Positions 37,151-47,604 of a stretch of 64,000 nucleotides of DNA are shown piece by piece. Position 1 is the first letter of the stretch; each line of letters starts with the position of its first letter. Position numbers and translations under genes: made by a program. Origin of the DNA: an uncultured Methanosarcinales archaeon (GTDB taxonomy: Archaea; Nanobdellota; Nanobdellia; Woesearchaeales; CAYMBN01); NCBI GenBank assembly GCA_964388715.1, contig CAYMBN010000005.1, positions 3,434 through 67,433 on the forward strand. The letters are read 5' to 3'. The notes beneath the pieces were generated by a model that was not told where the DNA came from, did not search any database, and saw only the letters and a list, made by a program, of their open reading frames with translations.

Positions 37151-38812
37151 TTATTTATTCTTGATTATTTCAAACAATTCACTTACATTTAATTCAAAAG
37201 CAGCCACAGGCATTTCCAATCCCCAATTTTCTAGAACAGCAGGATGTATTTCACCAACATAAGCAACATCTTTTCCTTCAACAGAAACTCTTGCCACTCT
37301 TCCATTAACAAATGATTTGTGCTCAACACTTTTCATTTCATATTTAATATCAAATGCACACATCAAAGCATCAAAAATTTGTTTTATTGTTGTAAAATCA
37401 ACAACAGAAGATGAAATAGTAATTCCTAATCTAAAAAATTCTTTAACATTAATTTCTTCTGAATCATCTTTCTTAAAAACAGTCGTAGTCTCAAATATCT
37501 TTTGAGGATAATCATGATGTTTATTCTTAGAAAGGACTTTAATTAAACTTGGAGTTATCCAACTTCTCAAATAATTATATTCTTCAGGAGCATTCCCTAC
37601 CTTAATTGCAGGCATATTAATAAGCATCTTATCATTTAACTCTTGTTTAGAAAGTAAGTGATATGTGTTCACTTCTTGTATTCCCAAACCTACCAAAATC
37701 TCAGAGATTTTGTTTACAAAACTATTGAATGGGGACAGTTCTGCTACTGTTGCAACATTAGGAATTATTTCTTTAAAATTTTCATAACCATAAGCAATTG
37801 CAATATCTTCTATTAAATCAACTTCATGTAAAACATCTACACGATAACCAGGGATTAAAACCTTTTTATTTTTATATCCATAACCCATTTTTTCAAGTAA
37901 CTTTTTAATATCATTCTCTTTTAATTCTAACCCTAACATCTTATTTACATGAATTATATTAATTTTCATTTCTTTTGGTTGAAGATTAGGTGCAACAACC
38001 TTCTTAAATTTATAAGAACCAGGATAAATTAAATCAATTGAATAGATTGAACCACCCATATCTGCTAAAGAAGTTACTAATATGTTAAGTGCTTTCATCA
38101 GAATATTAAGATCAGTTCCAGTAGCTTCAATAAATACATCCTTTGTTGTTGTATCAATTTTACCAACAGTGTGTGAATTAATTATTGGTGGCATTGACAT
38201 AATAATTCCTTTTGCATCAACAAAAACAGGAAATTTTTTCCAATTTTTACATATATTTGCATACTCTCTCCCTGTTGGATGTTTTGAAAGAATCTGTTTA
38301 CCAGTAATTTCCTTAGAAAATTCTAATGGTTGAAATTTAATTTTGTCTGGATCCTCTCCTTTAAATGTTACAGGGAAAGTTATTTTTTCCAACGGATATA
38401 AACCTAAACCACCTTTTTTTCTTCTTCTAAGAAGAGTCATACCTAATTTTTCTTGAATTTGGATTATCTCTCTTATTTTTTCATCATCAAACTTTAACCC
38501 TTTTACAATACATGCTACAACATAAGGCCATTCTTTAGGAAGATTTTTTACAAATATTTTATTTAAACTTTTTTTAACATCATATTTTCTTAAACCTTTT
38601 TTTAATCCTATAAACGAAGAAAATGCCCTTGCAAATCCTTGCTCAGACAACATGTCTGGTCGATTTGGAAAAATTTCTACAGTAATTTCACTTCCATCAA
38701 CCTTTTCTAAATCTGTTCCAAGCATTGAAATTCTTTCTTTCAATTTTTCAATAGGTAATTTCTTTCCAACAAGTTTTTCAAACACTTTTTTATTTAATGT
38801 TACAGTTGGCAT
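37151..38812 (-). CDS. pheT: Phenylalanine--tRNA ligase beta subunit
   Basis: NRPDMLS, SMPPIINS, PGYRVDVLHEVDLIEDIAIAYGY, GEIHP. Confidence 0.96.
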   Translation of the reverse strand: MPTVTLNKKVFEKLVGKKLPIEKLKERISMLGTDLEKVDGSEITVEIFPNRPDMLSEQGFARAFSSFIGLKKGLRKYDVKKSLNKIFVKNLPKEWPYVVACIVKGLKFDDEKIREIIQIQEKLGMTLLRRRKKGGLGLYPLEKITFPVTFKGEDPDKIKFQPLEFSKEITGKQILSKHPTGREYANICKNWKKFPVFVDAKGIIMSMPPIINSHTVGKIDTTTKDVFIEATGTDLNILMKALNILVTSLADMGGSIYSIDLIYPGSYKFKKVVAPNLQPKEMKINIIHVNKMLGLELKENDIKKLLEKMGYGYKNKKVLIPGYRVDVLHEVDLIEDIAIAYGYENFKEIIPNVATVAELSPFNSFVNKISEILVGLGIQEVNTYHLLSKQELNDKMLINMPAIKVGNAPEEYNYLRSWITPSLIKVLSKNKHHDYPQKIFETTTVFKKDDSEEINVKEFFRLGITISSSVVDFTTIKQIFDALMCAFDIKYEMKSVEHKSFVNGRVARVSVEGKDVAYVGEIHPAVLENWGLEMPVAAFELNVSELFEIIKNK

Positions 38813-38813
38813 T

Positions 38814-40346
38814 TTATTTATTCCAAATCCTCATTTCTCTTAATTGTTTTAAATCATTCCTATACAAATCACGAATATCGGTTATTTTATAATACTCAGC
38901 AATAATACGTTCCATTCCTTGACCCCAAGCTAATACAGGCACATCATATCCTAACAAAGGCACCACAACTTCTGGCCTAAATATACCGGCTCCACCAAGT
39001 TCAACCCACTCATTTTTCACTGGATGTAAAACCTCCACTTCAACACTTGGTTCAGTATATGGAAAATGTGCTGGCCTTAATCTTACATCAGGATAACCCA
39101 TTTTCTTGTAAAATTCCCTTAAATAACCTTTAAGATGTTGAAAATTTGCATTAGGATCAATAACAATACCTTCAACCTGATAAAATTCAAATAGATGTTT
39201 CCAACTAAGTGTTTCATTTCTAAATACTTTTGCAACAGAAAAAAACTTTGCAGGTAAATCATCCTTCTTAAGAGCAGCAATTGTTTGTGCACTTAATACA
39301 GTTGTATGAGTTCTAAGTAAAAGTTCTTTAGCTTTTTCTTCATCAAATTTACATTGCCAACCCAAACTACCTGTCTTACCACCATTTTCATGAACATCTT
39401 TAATTTTACTGTAAAATTCTTTAGAAAACCGTCCATATTTAGGGTCAGATAAATAAAAAGTATCCTGCATATCCCTAGCAGGATGATCTTGTGGTACAAA
39501 CAAAGCATCCATATCCCAAAAAGCTGTTTGTACTAATGATCCAGTCATCTCCTTAAAACCTAAATCAAGCCATATTTGTTTAATATAATTCACAGCTTGG
39601 TTAACAAAATGTCGTTTTGCTGGATAAATTTTTGGAACATTAACACTTACATCATAGGCTCTAAATTTTTTCTTTTTCCATAAACCAGACTTAATAACTT
39701 TAGGAGTTAATCTCTCAATAACATCACCTTGTTTCATATCAAGTTTAACTAAAGTTTTACCTAGCTCAGTTAATTCAACAAATTTTTTCTTGATTAAATC
39801 AACTTTAATTATACTTCTTCTTTTCTTAAGCTCTTTTAATGCAAATTGTTCTTCTGACTTTAAATCTTTTACATCTACAGGAAAACTTTTATTAAGAAAT
39901 TGTTCTTCTAATAATTCTTTTTTCAATAATGATTCACCATAATCACTTAATTTAACCTTAATTTCTTTACCTGGTAAAACCATAACAGCAGCTTTTTTCT
40001 TTAATAAACCTAAAGAAACATTTACTTCATCTTTTTTGAGATTTGCTTTTTTTATAAGTTGTGATAATGTTAATTCTTTGTTTTTCAATGCAAGAATAAA
40101 TCTTCTCTCAGGCAATCCTTCTTTAAAATAAATTTCTCCATTTTTATCAAGTTGAACAATTTCCTTAACATTTTCTTTAATAGCAATTACTTTTTTATTT
40201 TGTAACCATTGTAATGCTCGCATAACTTCGACTTCTTTTAATTTAGTTATTTTTACTATGTCTTCAAAAGAAGAAAATTTATCTAAATGAATCAAAACAG
40301 TACGTTCCAACGGATGCAATGTTGATATTAATTTTTGTAAGTCCAT
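38814..40346 (-). CDS. pheS: Phenylalanine--tRNA ligase alpha subunit
   Basis: DALFVPQDHPARDMQDTF, LRTHTT, FRNE, FPYTEPS, GAGIFRPE. Confidence 0.97.
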   Translation of the reverse strand: MDLQKLISTLHPLERTVLIHLDKFSSFEDIVKITKLKEVEVMRALQWLQNKKVIAIKENVKEIVQLDKNGEIYFKEGLPERRFILALKNKELTLSQLIKKANLKKDEVNVSLGLLKKKAAVMVLPGKEIKVKLSDYGESLLKKELLEEQFLNKSFPVDVKDLKSEEQFALKELKKRRSIIKVDLIKKKFVELTELGKTLVKLDMKQGDVIERLTPKVIKSGLWKKKKFRAYDVSVNVPKIYPAKRHFVNQAVNYIKQIWLDLGFKEMTGSLVQTAFWDMDALFVPQDHPARDMQDTFYLSDPKYGRFSKEFYSKIKDVHENGGKTGSLGWQCKFDEEKAKELLLRTHTTVLSAQTIAALKKDDLPAKFFSVAKVFRNETLSWKHLFEFYQVEGIVIDPNANFQHLKGYLREFYKKMGYPDVRLRPAHFPYTEPSVEVEVLHPVKNEWVELGGAGIFRPEVVVPLLGYDVPVLAWGQGMERIIAEYYKITDIRDLYRNDLKQLREMRIWNK

Positions 40347-40397
40347 TTTAATATCTACCTAATTCATTTATTTAATAAAAAATAAAAAAGAAAAACC

Positions 40398-41204
40398 TTA
40401 TTTGGTAGGTTTCATATCTTTCCATGCTAGTTCAAACATGTTATTTAGCGCGCTGGCAAAAAATGGTGTATTTACCCATATACCTACGTCATATGTTGGA
40501 TGAACCTCTTTGTCGTCAAGCACCATAAAAAGTAATTCCTTCCCATCAACAACACAGAATCTTGCACTGATATTCTTCACGTTTCTTACTTCTGCAACAT
40601 TACCTACATCTTTAGCAGCAGCCATTGCTTCTTTTGTGACAGGAGCTGCTATTCTAATCTTAACACCACGTTTTTTTATTTTTTCAAAAGTTGGTTTCAA
40701 TCCTTCAACTTTTCTTATTAAACCTTGTGTGGTTGTCATAATGTTTACAGATTTTTCAGCATTTCTTATTGTTAATTCAAGATGATTATACAAATTATGT
40801 CTACCTCTTAATGATCCTGCTAGATCAGTTGGTTCAACAAGTTCAACACCTTGAGAATGTAAAGTATTTAATTCATTTAATACTTCAGTATCTTTTAGTT
40901 CATCTAATCTCTTTATCTTTTCATCAGCATTATTTCTCATATTCTTTTTTACTCTCTCAACAACTTCAGCAGGTGGAACAGCAATATACTTAATTGGTTT
41001 TCCAAGTTTCATTATTACAAAACCTTTTTTCTCAAGACTTTCAAGAACATCATAACTTCTTGATCTTGGAACATTTGCAATATCAGAAAGTTCACCTGCA
41101 GTTGAAACACCTCGACTTAATAATGCTGTCCAAATCTTTACTTCATACAGATTCAAAGAAAAAAATCGTCTTAATTTACTTAAAAATTCATCTTTAACTA
41201 TCAT
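40398..41204 (-). CDS. TrmB-family transcriptional regulator / chromatin protein
   Basis: LNLYEVKIW, VPRSRSYDVLESLEKKGF, PLD-like C-terminal domain. Likely start is MIVKDEF at 41204, after GGGGGAGG. Confidence 0.9.
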   Translation of the reverse strand: MIVKDEFLSKLRRFFSLNLYEVKIWTALLSRGVSTAGELSDIANVPRSRSYDVLESLEKKGFVIMKLGKPIKYIAVPPAEVVERVKKNMRNNADEKIKRLDELKDTEVLNELNTLHSQGVELVEPTDLAGSLRGRHNLYNHLELTIRNAEKSVNIMTTTQGLIRKVEGLKPTFEKIKKRGVKIRIAAPVTKEAMAAAKDVGNVAEVRNVKNISARFCVVDGKELLFMVLDDKEVHPTYDVGIWVNTPFFASALNNMFELAWKDMKPTK

Positions 41205-41333
41205 GTAATCCTCCCCCCTTTTGCTTTTAGGTGAGTTTTCACCTAAATTTTTAGTAAATATGTAGTACCACTTTAAATATGTTACGCTTTTGTATTCATC
41301 AGCAGTACTTTCATTTTTGCGGGATGACAATAA

Positions 41334-41355
41334 GTTTCAACTCTTGAGTTGAAAC
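41334..41355. repeat. Perfect 10-bp-arm palindrome upstream of trmB
   Basis: GTTTCAACTC-tt-GAGTTGAAAC. Confidence 0.8.
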
Positions 41356-41465
41356 ACTTACAAAATATAAACAATAACTAATATTTAAAGCTTTTGTAAG
41401 TCTAAAATATAAATTTAAAGAGTATAGAGCTTTAAAGAATTAAATTGTACACAACAGGGACAAAA

Positions 41466-42530
41466 TTAGTAATTTAATTTATATCTTAAAACAGCACCAA
41501 CCCCACCAAGGCCATCTAATTTTTTCCCAGCTTCATGATCAGAACTAATTATAAAGATGTGTCCTTTCATTTGATCAACAAGCCGCATAATATAATCAAT
41601 TTGAGCATAAGTATTTTGTTGTCTTGACTTTTGTATTAAAGTATCTGTGATCAATAATTTTTCAACAGCACCTGCATCAGCAACATTTCTTATTTGTTTT
41701 AATCCATATGCTGATTTCCCATTAACAGCAATCTGCTTAAAAAGTTCCTCAACAAGATTTACTTCCTTTGTAACTCTATCTTTTTTAAGAACTAATTGAA
41801 CTTCTGGTCTTTTAAGAACTTCATTAATTGCATTTTCTTTTACAGATGAACACGTTGCAAGTACAATTTTCTTTTTCAGTTCTTGATTTTTTAATTGTTT
41901 TATCAAATCTTCTTTAAAAAAAGCAGGACTTGCCACCACAATATTATTGGGATTATATTGTTCATTATATTTCTCAAGTAACTTAATAATTTCAGAATAA
42001 AAGGGATTCCTTATTTGTGTTTTCATTTCCTTTTTTTGCACTTCACCTTCAAAAGATGTCAAAAGTTGATAACCAAACTGTTTACTTAAAGCAAAATAAA
42101 CCTCTTCCCTATCAAGAACACATATTAATATCTTTGATTGTTTTAATGATGATGCTTCTTTTAAACGATCAATTTGATATTTCAAAAAATTATCCTTCTT
42201 CAAACCAATAACAGTATTTTCATCCAAATTAAATGTATGATAACTTGCTAAACTCACATCATCAGGTCCTTTTGTTATTTTACCAGAAACCCTCAATATA
42301 TTGGAATATTTATGAAATTCTATCTTTTCCACTTTAATTTCCAAAAAAATTGACCTCTTAGAAATAGCTGTTTTTCTATCTCCTTCTTTATTTATCTTAA
42401 TTTTTCTTATAGTTTTACCCCTAATTAAATCTCCAGGTTCAATTATATTGCTAAGGTACCATAAATCATCAAGATTAGTGATTTTAACCTTAACAACACC
42501 CTTCTTAAAATCCCTATTAATTATCTTCAT
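41466..42530 (-). CDS. pelA: Pelota/Dom34 ribosome rescue factor
   Basis: DDLWYL, YHT, SPAFFK, AYG, LDGLGGVGAVLRY. Confidence 0.95.
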   Translation of the reverse strand: MKIINRDFKKGVVKVKITNLDDLWYLSNIIEPGDLIRGKTIRKIKINKEGDRKTAISKRSIFLEIKVEKIEFHKYSNILRVSGKITKGPDDVSLASYHTFNLDENTVIGLKKDNFLKYQIDRLKEASSLKQSKILICVLDREEVYFALSKQFGYQLLTSFEGEVQKKEMKTQIRNPFYSEIIKLLEKYNEQYNPNNIVVASPAFFKEDLIKQLKNQELKKKIVLATCSSVKENAINEVLKRPEVQLVLKKDRVTKEVNLVEELFKQIAVNGKSAYGLKQIRNVADAGAVEKLLITDTLIQKSRQQNTYAQIDYIMRLVDQMKGHIFIISSDHEAGKKLDGLGGVGAVLRYKLNY

Positions 42531-42614
42531 TTTACTCTATAAAAACAGAAACATATTTAAATATATATATTTATTCAATATTTAAGTAATATTCATACTA
42601 AAAAGGGTGATTAG

Positions 42615-43802
42615 ATGAAAAAAAAAGCTCAAGAAACAGGTGGTATGGCTGCAGCTCTTGTTGCAATAATTGCCTTATTAATTGTTTTATACATATTATT
42701 TCTTCCTCCTGAGGACAGGAGAGATATTTTAGAAGAAGGTAGTATTGATTCAGGTACAAGTAGTAGTGGTGATGACAACATTTCAATTCTACTTGAAAAA
42801 AATCCAGGAAAATTAACATATTTATCACAAAATAAAATTGAACATGACATAAACACAATCAATTTGTATAGTATGACAGAAGGCAAAATAATAAAAGAAG
42901 AATTATTAGTTAATCCACAAAGAAGTGTTTTCAACGAAATTAAAGCTGAAATTACCTTTAAATTGGATAATATTGAGAACACAGATAATGTACTTTTCAC
43001 ATTCAATGTGGACGAAGCTATCGGAAAACTTATTATTACATTAAATGGGAAACAGATTTTCAAAGAAAAGTCAGATTCTTCCACAATGGGCCCAATAAAA
43101 CTCTCAAAAGAATTATTAAATGTTGATAATACCCTTGAATTTGGAGTTTCAAGCCCAGGAATTGCATTTTGGAGAACAAATGAATACACTTTAAAAAATG
43201 TCAAAGTAATTGCTGACATAACAGATTTATCAGGATTAAAAAGTAAATCAACATTCTTTTTAACAGAAGAAGAAAAAGTTAATCTTGAAAAAGCTAGATT
43301 AAGATACTTTGCCAATTGTGAAGTTGGAAAAGTAGGTAAATTAAAAGTTTCAATAAACAGTTTCCAAATATTTAGTGGAATTCCAGATTGTGGTTCACTA
43401 AATCCAATTGAATTTTCTCCAGACTACTTAAACATACACGAAAACAATCTTGAATTTGAAGCTGACTCAGGAACCTATCTCCTTGACAGAATTCAAATAA
43501 AAACAGAATTAAAAGAATCAGTTGACTTGATATATGACTTTGATATCAACAAATCAACTTATGAAGATCTTGATGAAAATTATGTAAGAATTAAGTTTGA
43601 ATTTGCTGATGATACAGAAGATAAAGAAGCAGAAGTTATTGTCAATGGCCACAGAATGCAATTTAGTACAAGCGAGGAAAGTTACGAAAGAAACATCAAC
43701 AATTATGTTGAAGAAGATATTAACACAGTAAAAATAGTCCCAAAGAAGACAATGTACATCAGAAAGTTAATTGTTGAAGTTGTTGAAAACGACGAAGATT
43801 AA
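42615..43802 (+). CDS. Hypothetical surface protein with class III (pilin-like) signal peptide
   Basis: MKKKAQ followed by a hydrophobic stretch; beta-rich acidic body. Confidence 0.6.
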   Translation: MKKKAQETGGMAAALVAIIALLIVLYILFLPPEDRRDILEEGSIDSGTSSSGDDNISILLEKNPGKLTYLSQNKIEHDINTINLYSMTEGKIIKEELLVNPQRSVFNEIKAEITFKLDNIENTDNVLFTFNVDEAIGKLIITLNGKQIFKEKSDSSTMGPIKLSKELLNVDNTLEFGVSSPGIAFWRTNEYTLKNVKVIADITDLSGLKSKSTFFLTEEEKVNLEKARLRYFANCEVGKVGKLKVSINSFQIFSGIPDCGSLNPIEFSPDYLNIHENNLEFEADSGTYLLDRIQIKTELKESVDLIYDFDINKSTYEDLDENYVRIKFEFADDTEDKEAEVIVNGHRMQFSTSEESYERNINNYVEEDINTVKIVPKKTMYIRKLIVEVVENDED

Positions 43803-43838
43803 TTTTTTTTATTTTTTTGTGAAAGAAAGAGAGGGAAA

Positions 43839-46529
43839 ATGGATTTGTTTCTAAAAAGGATGGGGAAAAAGGCAGGGTTGTCTCCTAATGTTTTCTCATT
43901 TAAAAAAAAAGACAAAAACAAAAGTTTAACAGTAAAAGATATTGAAAAGTTAATAAAGTTAGCTATTTCTGAACTTGCAAAAATTCAAAAATCACATTCT
44001 AAAATAGAACAAGCACCAGCAAATATACAAAAACAATTTGATAATCTTAATAAAAGGATAACAGAACTTCAAACAATTAAATCACAACCAAATCTTCTTA
44101 ATAACAAAGCTGTTCAAAAAAATTTATCTATCTTACTCCAAGGTTTAGCTCAAAAACAAGAAAAAGAATTTGAGGAATTTGAAGAAAAAAGAGATAAAAA
44201 GATAAGAAAACAGAAACAAAAAGATGACCAAGCAAAACTAAAAGGAAAACTATCAGAAATTCATAAAGAAAGAGAACGTAGGAAAAGGGAAGGAACCTGG
44301 CAAGGTTATGGAAATGAACAAAAGGGGACTGAAGCTGTGATTAAAACATTACAAGAGAATAGAGATTTAGCATACAAATTAATGATGTTATCAAAAAAAG
44401 AAAACAAAAAAGAAGATATTAATTACTACAAAGAAAAATTTAACAAATTTCAAAGAGATTTACAAAAAAAACAAAAAGAATACAGAGATAAAGGTGGAAA
44501 AACAGGCATGCGTAAGCTAAAAGAAAAAGAACTTGAACTCGAAAAAGTTAAAATCAAAGAATTAGAAAAAGAAGGTGAATTAACAAAAGAAGAAAGTGAA
44601 GTTCTACAAAAAGAAATTGAAGAAAAAGAACAGAAAAAATCAAAATTTTGGGGTAAAGCTAAAGCATGGGCACGTATGGATGCTACTGAAGGTGTAAAAA
44701 AAGGTTCAAAAGCTTTTGGAGGTTGGCTTGGAAAAGGTATTGAAAAAGGTACTGGATTACAAGTTAATAAATGGGGCAATTATGCTGCAAACAAACTCGG
44801 AAAAGCTACAAATGCTATTAAAGGAGCTGGAAAAGCTCTTGATAAAGGAACAGATACTTATACACCAACACTTAAGAAATGGAGTAAGAACATTCTTAGT
44901 GGAATAACAGGTGCTGGGGGCCTTATGGGTGGTGTTGCACAAGAAGGTGTTAAAAACATGTTCAGTGGTGGCCATAATACACTTATATGGTTAGGATTAT
45001 TCTTATGGTGGATTGATTGGAAAGCGTATGCTTTTAGGATAGGTAATCAAGGAAGCTTTATCAAACTATTTGGTGTAAAACTATTTTGGCCAATTGGAAG
45101 TGTACAACTAGATTTCTTTGTATTAATCTTTTTAGTAGTATGGTTAGTATTAGCAGAAAGCCATTGGCAATCATTCTTTTACATTTTAACAGCATTTGCA
45201 CTAGAAGTATTCTTACCAGGATTAGGAAAACAATTTGGTTTATTAAGCACACCAATAGTTCAACACATATTTAACAATGCAATCTGGCCTTGGTGGTTGT
45301 TAATTATGGGTATTTTTTATAATAAAAGACGTGGTAATGAATCCAAATTAATAACTTTTGTTTTTGTTTCGTGGGCATTATTTTGGATATTTATAATTAT
45401 TTCATCAACATGGGTTGCAGGATTAGCAGACATGACAGAACAATTAACAATAGAAGAACAAAACGAATTACAAGATGCAATAACAGAAAGATGGTATGAT
45501 ACTTGGGGAAGTGACTTTAAAATGTTTTGGGATTGTTATATTAGTATGGATACAATAGTAGGAACCATATCAGGTGGAGAAACACCTGAACAATGTTTAA
45601 ATCGTTTGAAAAAAGAAGCAGAACAAACAGTTGAAGGTGAAGTAGACCAGGAAATAGAAGAATATGTTTCACTTAAAGTTGATTTCAAATCAGGACAAAA
45701 TACAATTTACTTTGCTAACCAACCAATCTCAGTTTTAATCCAAGGAAAAGATCCAACAGTCCAGGAAGATACAGAATCAACAGAAAAGATTCCACCTATT
45801 AAATTTGGTTGTGTATTTATTAAAGAAGGAAACAACCAAAACACAATTAATTGTAAACCTACTCCAGAAACACTTGAACTAGGAAAAGATGAAATAACAG
45901 AAACAATACTCTGCAAACCTGAAGAACCTTTAACTGATGGCAAGTACACTATAAAATTCTTTGCTAAATTAGAAAAAGTAAAAACAAATACTAATTTAAT
46001 AAGATTATTTACTGGCAAAAACAATTATGGAAAAATGACAATGGAAGAAAGAGCAAGAAAACTACTTCAAAAATTTCCTAGTACAGATTACAGTTCAAAA
46101 TCAGAACCAGAATTTGTAAGACTTAATCTAGCAACAGAAAAACCATTAATTCCTTTAGGAGAAAAAGGATTTGTATTAGAAAGTTCAGTTGAAAATATGG
46201 ATAATGGAAAAATATTAAAAATAAATGAAATTAATGTAGAATTACTCAAGTTAAAATTTAATGATCAAGAACATTCACTAGAAATCACAAATCAATGTTT
46301 ATATGAAGAACAAGATAACAGATTAGTTATAACAAACTTTGAAAGAGACTTCAGTTTGATCAAAAAAGGTAATCAAATCAAATTACCACCATGTAGATTA
46401 ACTGCAGCTAATTTTGAGGATTTAAACGTTGTAAGAGTAGTTAAGATTGATTCATTCATTAATTATGATTATGAAATCACAAAAAAACATGATTTTAATG
46501 TATTAGGAGGACAATCAGAAATAGAATGA
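43839..46529 (+). CDS. Large hypothetical membrane protein (coiled coil, about 5-6 TM, extracellular beta domain)
   Basis: K/E/Q-rich N-terminus, G/K/A-rich segment, Trp-rich TM block, Cys-containing C-terminal domain. Confidence 0.6.
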   Translation: MDLFLKRMGKKAGLSPNVFSFKKKDKNKSLTVKDIEKLIKLAISELAKIQKSHSKIEQAPANIQKQFDNLNKRITELQTIKSQPNLLNNKAVQKNLSILLQGLAQKQEKEFEEFEEKRDKKIRKQKQKDDQAKLKGKLSEIHKERERRKREGTWQGYGNEQKGTEAVIKTLQENRDLAYKLMMLSKKENKKEDINYYKEKFNKFQRDLQKKQKEYRDKGGKTGMRKLKEKELELEKVKIKELEKEGELTKEESEVLQKEIEEKEQKKSKFWGKAKAWARMDATEGVKKGSKAFGGWLGKGIEKGTGLQVNKWGNYAANKLGKATNAIKGAGKALDKGTDTYTPTLKKWSKNILSGITGAGGLMGGVAQEGVKNMFSGGHNTLIWLGLFLWWIDWKAYAFRIGNQGSFIKLFGVKLFWPIGSVQLDFFVLIFLVVWLVLAESHWQSFFYILTAFALEVFLPGLGKQFGLLSTPIVQHIFNNAIWPWWLLIMGIFYNKRRGNESKLITFVFVSWALFWIFIIISSTWVAGLADMTEQLTIEEQNELQDAITERWYDTWGSDFKMFWDCYISMDTIVGTISGGETPEQCLNRLKKEAEQTVEGEVDQEIEEYVSLKVDFKSGQNTIYFANQPISVLIQGKDPTVQEDTESTEKIPPIKFGCVFIKEGNNQNTINCKPTPETLELGKDEITETILCKPEEPLTDGKYTIKFFAKLEKVKTNTNLIRLFTGKNNYGKMTMEERARKLLQKFPSTDYSSKSEPEFVRLNLATEKPLIPLGEKGFVLESSVENMDNGKILKINEINVELLKLKFNDQEHSLEITNQCLYEEQDNRLVITNFERDFSLIKKGNQIKLPPCRLTAANFEDLNVVRVVKIDSFINYDYEITKKHDFNVLGGQSEIE

Positions 46530-47557
46530 AAAAAATAATATTTTTAGTTATAATTGTACTTTTAATAACTTCCTGTGGTAATTTAAAAGATTTTTATACA
46601 ACAGACAGAACAACCACCCCCACTATTACCGGTGACCAAGATATCACAAGACAAATTCCAGAAAGACCAAACTTTAGACAAGGCACTTCTGGACTTAAAC
46701 TCAACTTTGTTCAAAATAAACCAGAAAATGAAATTAAGTTTGGTGATTCATTTATCATTGCCCTTAAAATTCACAACCAAGGAGCAACAGACATAATAAA
46801 TGGAAAAATTAGTATTGAAGGATTACTTGATCAGCATGACGCAGTAAACATGGTAAAATCAGAATATGTTGACATCTATGAGTTCCAACCATTTGATGTA
46901 AAAGGAAAAAGCATGATATATTTTGATGGACAAAATATTGAATTAAAAGTCAAGGCAAAAGCAAAAAGCATTGATCCTAAAAAGGAGAAAACACCTGTGA
47001 GTTTTGAATTAATTGCAAAATATCCTTATGAAACAATAGCAGCCATCCCAATCTGTATTAATCTTGATTCAATTGAAGATAACACACATGAATGTAAAAG
47101 AAATACTATTTATACCTTATCAGGTGGTCAAGGTGCGCCTGTTGCTGTTACACAAATTGAACAAGATCTAATTGATAAAGGAGAAATCAGTGAAAAACAA
47201 AACAAAATCAATTTAAGATATACAATCACTGTTGAAGATAAAGGGAATATTGGTGAACGTATTGATGGTGATATAAATATCAAAGTATTCTTATCCAAAG
47301 ATAAAGAAATAACTCAACATTGTGAACCATTAAAAGTTAAAGAAAGAATTATACTGGATAAAGAAGGAAAACCACAAAAAGCAGAAACCAAAGTAAAAAA
47401 ATGGGTATGTGAACTTGAAGATGTTTATAATGATAAAGATATTCAAAAAACAGAATATACTTCCTTAATAAGAGTAGAATTAAAATATAATTATGTAACT
47501 ACTACCACCAAATCATTATATATTATAAAATCAAAGGATAGCACTGATACTACCTAA
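46526..47557 (+). CDS. Hypothetical lipoprotein (paralog 1)
   Basis: Lipobox LITSC; G..GL..NF; YPYET...PIC; GQGAPVAVT; LKYNY. Confidence 0.7.
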   Translation: MKKIIFLVIIVLLITSCGNLKDFYTTDRTTTPTITGDQDITRQIPERPNFRQGTSGLKLNFVQNKPENEIKFGDSFIIALKIHNQGATDIINGKISIEGLLDQHDAVNMVKSEYVDIYEFQPFDVKGKSMIYFDGQNIELKVKAKAKSIDPKKEKTPVSFELIAKYPYETIAAIPICINLDSIEDNTHECKRNTIYTLSGGQGAPVAVTQIEQDLIDKGEISEKQNKINLRYTITVEDKGNIGERIDGDINIKVFLSKDKEITQHCEPLKVKERIILDKEGKPQKAETKVKKWVCELEDVYNDKDIQKTEYTSLIRVELKYNYVTTTTKSLYIIKSKDSTDTT

Positions 47558-47604
47558 AGTATACCGAAAAACTTATATACTCAAAAAAAGAACACTATTG
47601 TAAA

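Noticed and set aside
41205..41330. 42-aa N-terminal extension of TrmB in the ORF track
   Set aside because: It relies on a TTG start; a strong SD precedes the ATG at 41204, and the region reads better as a structured UTR.
41280..41335. Fluoride riboswitch-like CCGC...GCTGATGA on the minus strand
   Set aside because: The 5' GGNGATGG..TCNCC stem and pseudoknot are absent, and the downstream gene is trmB.
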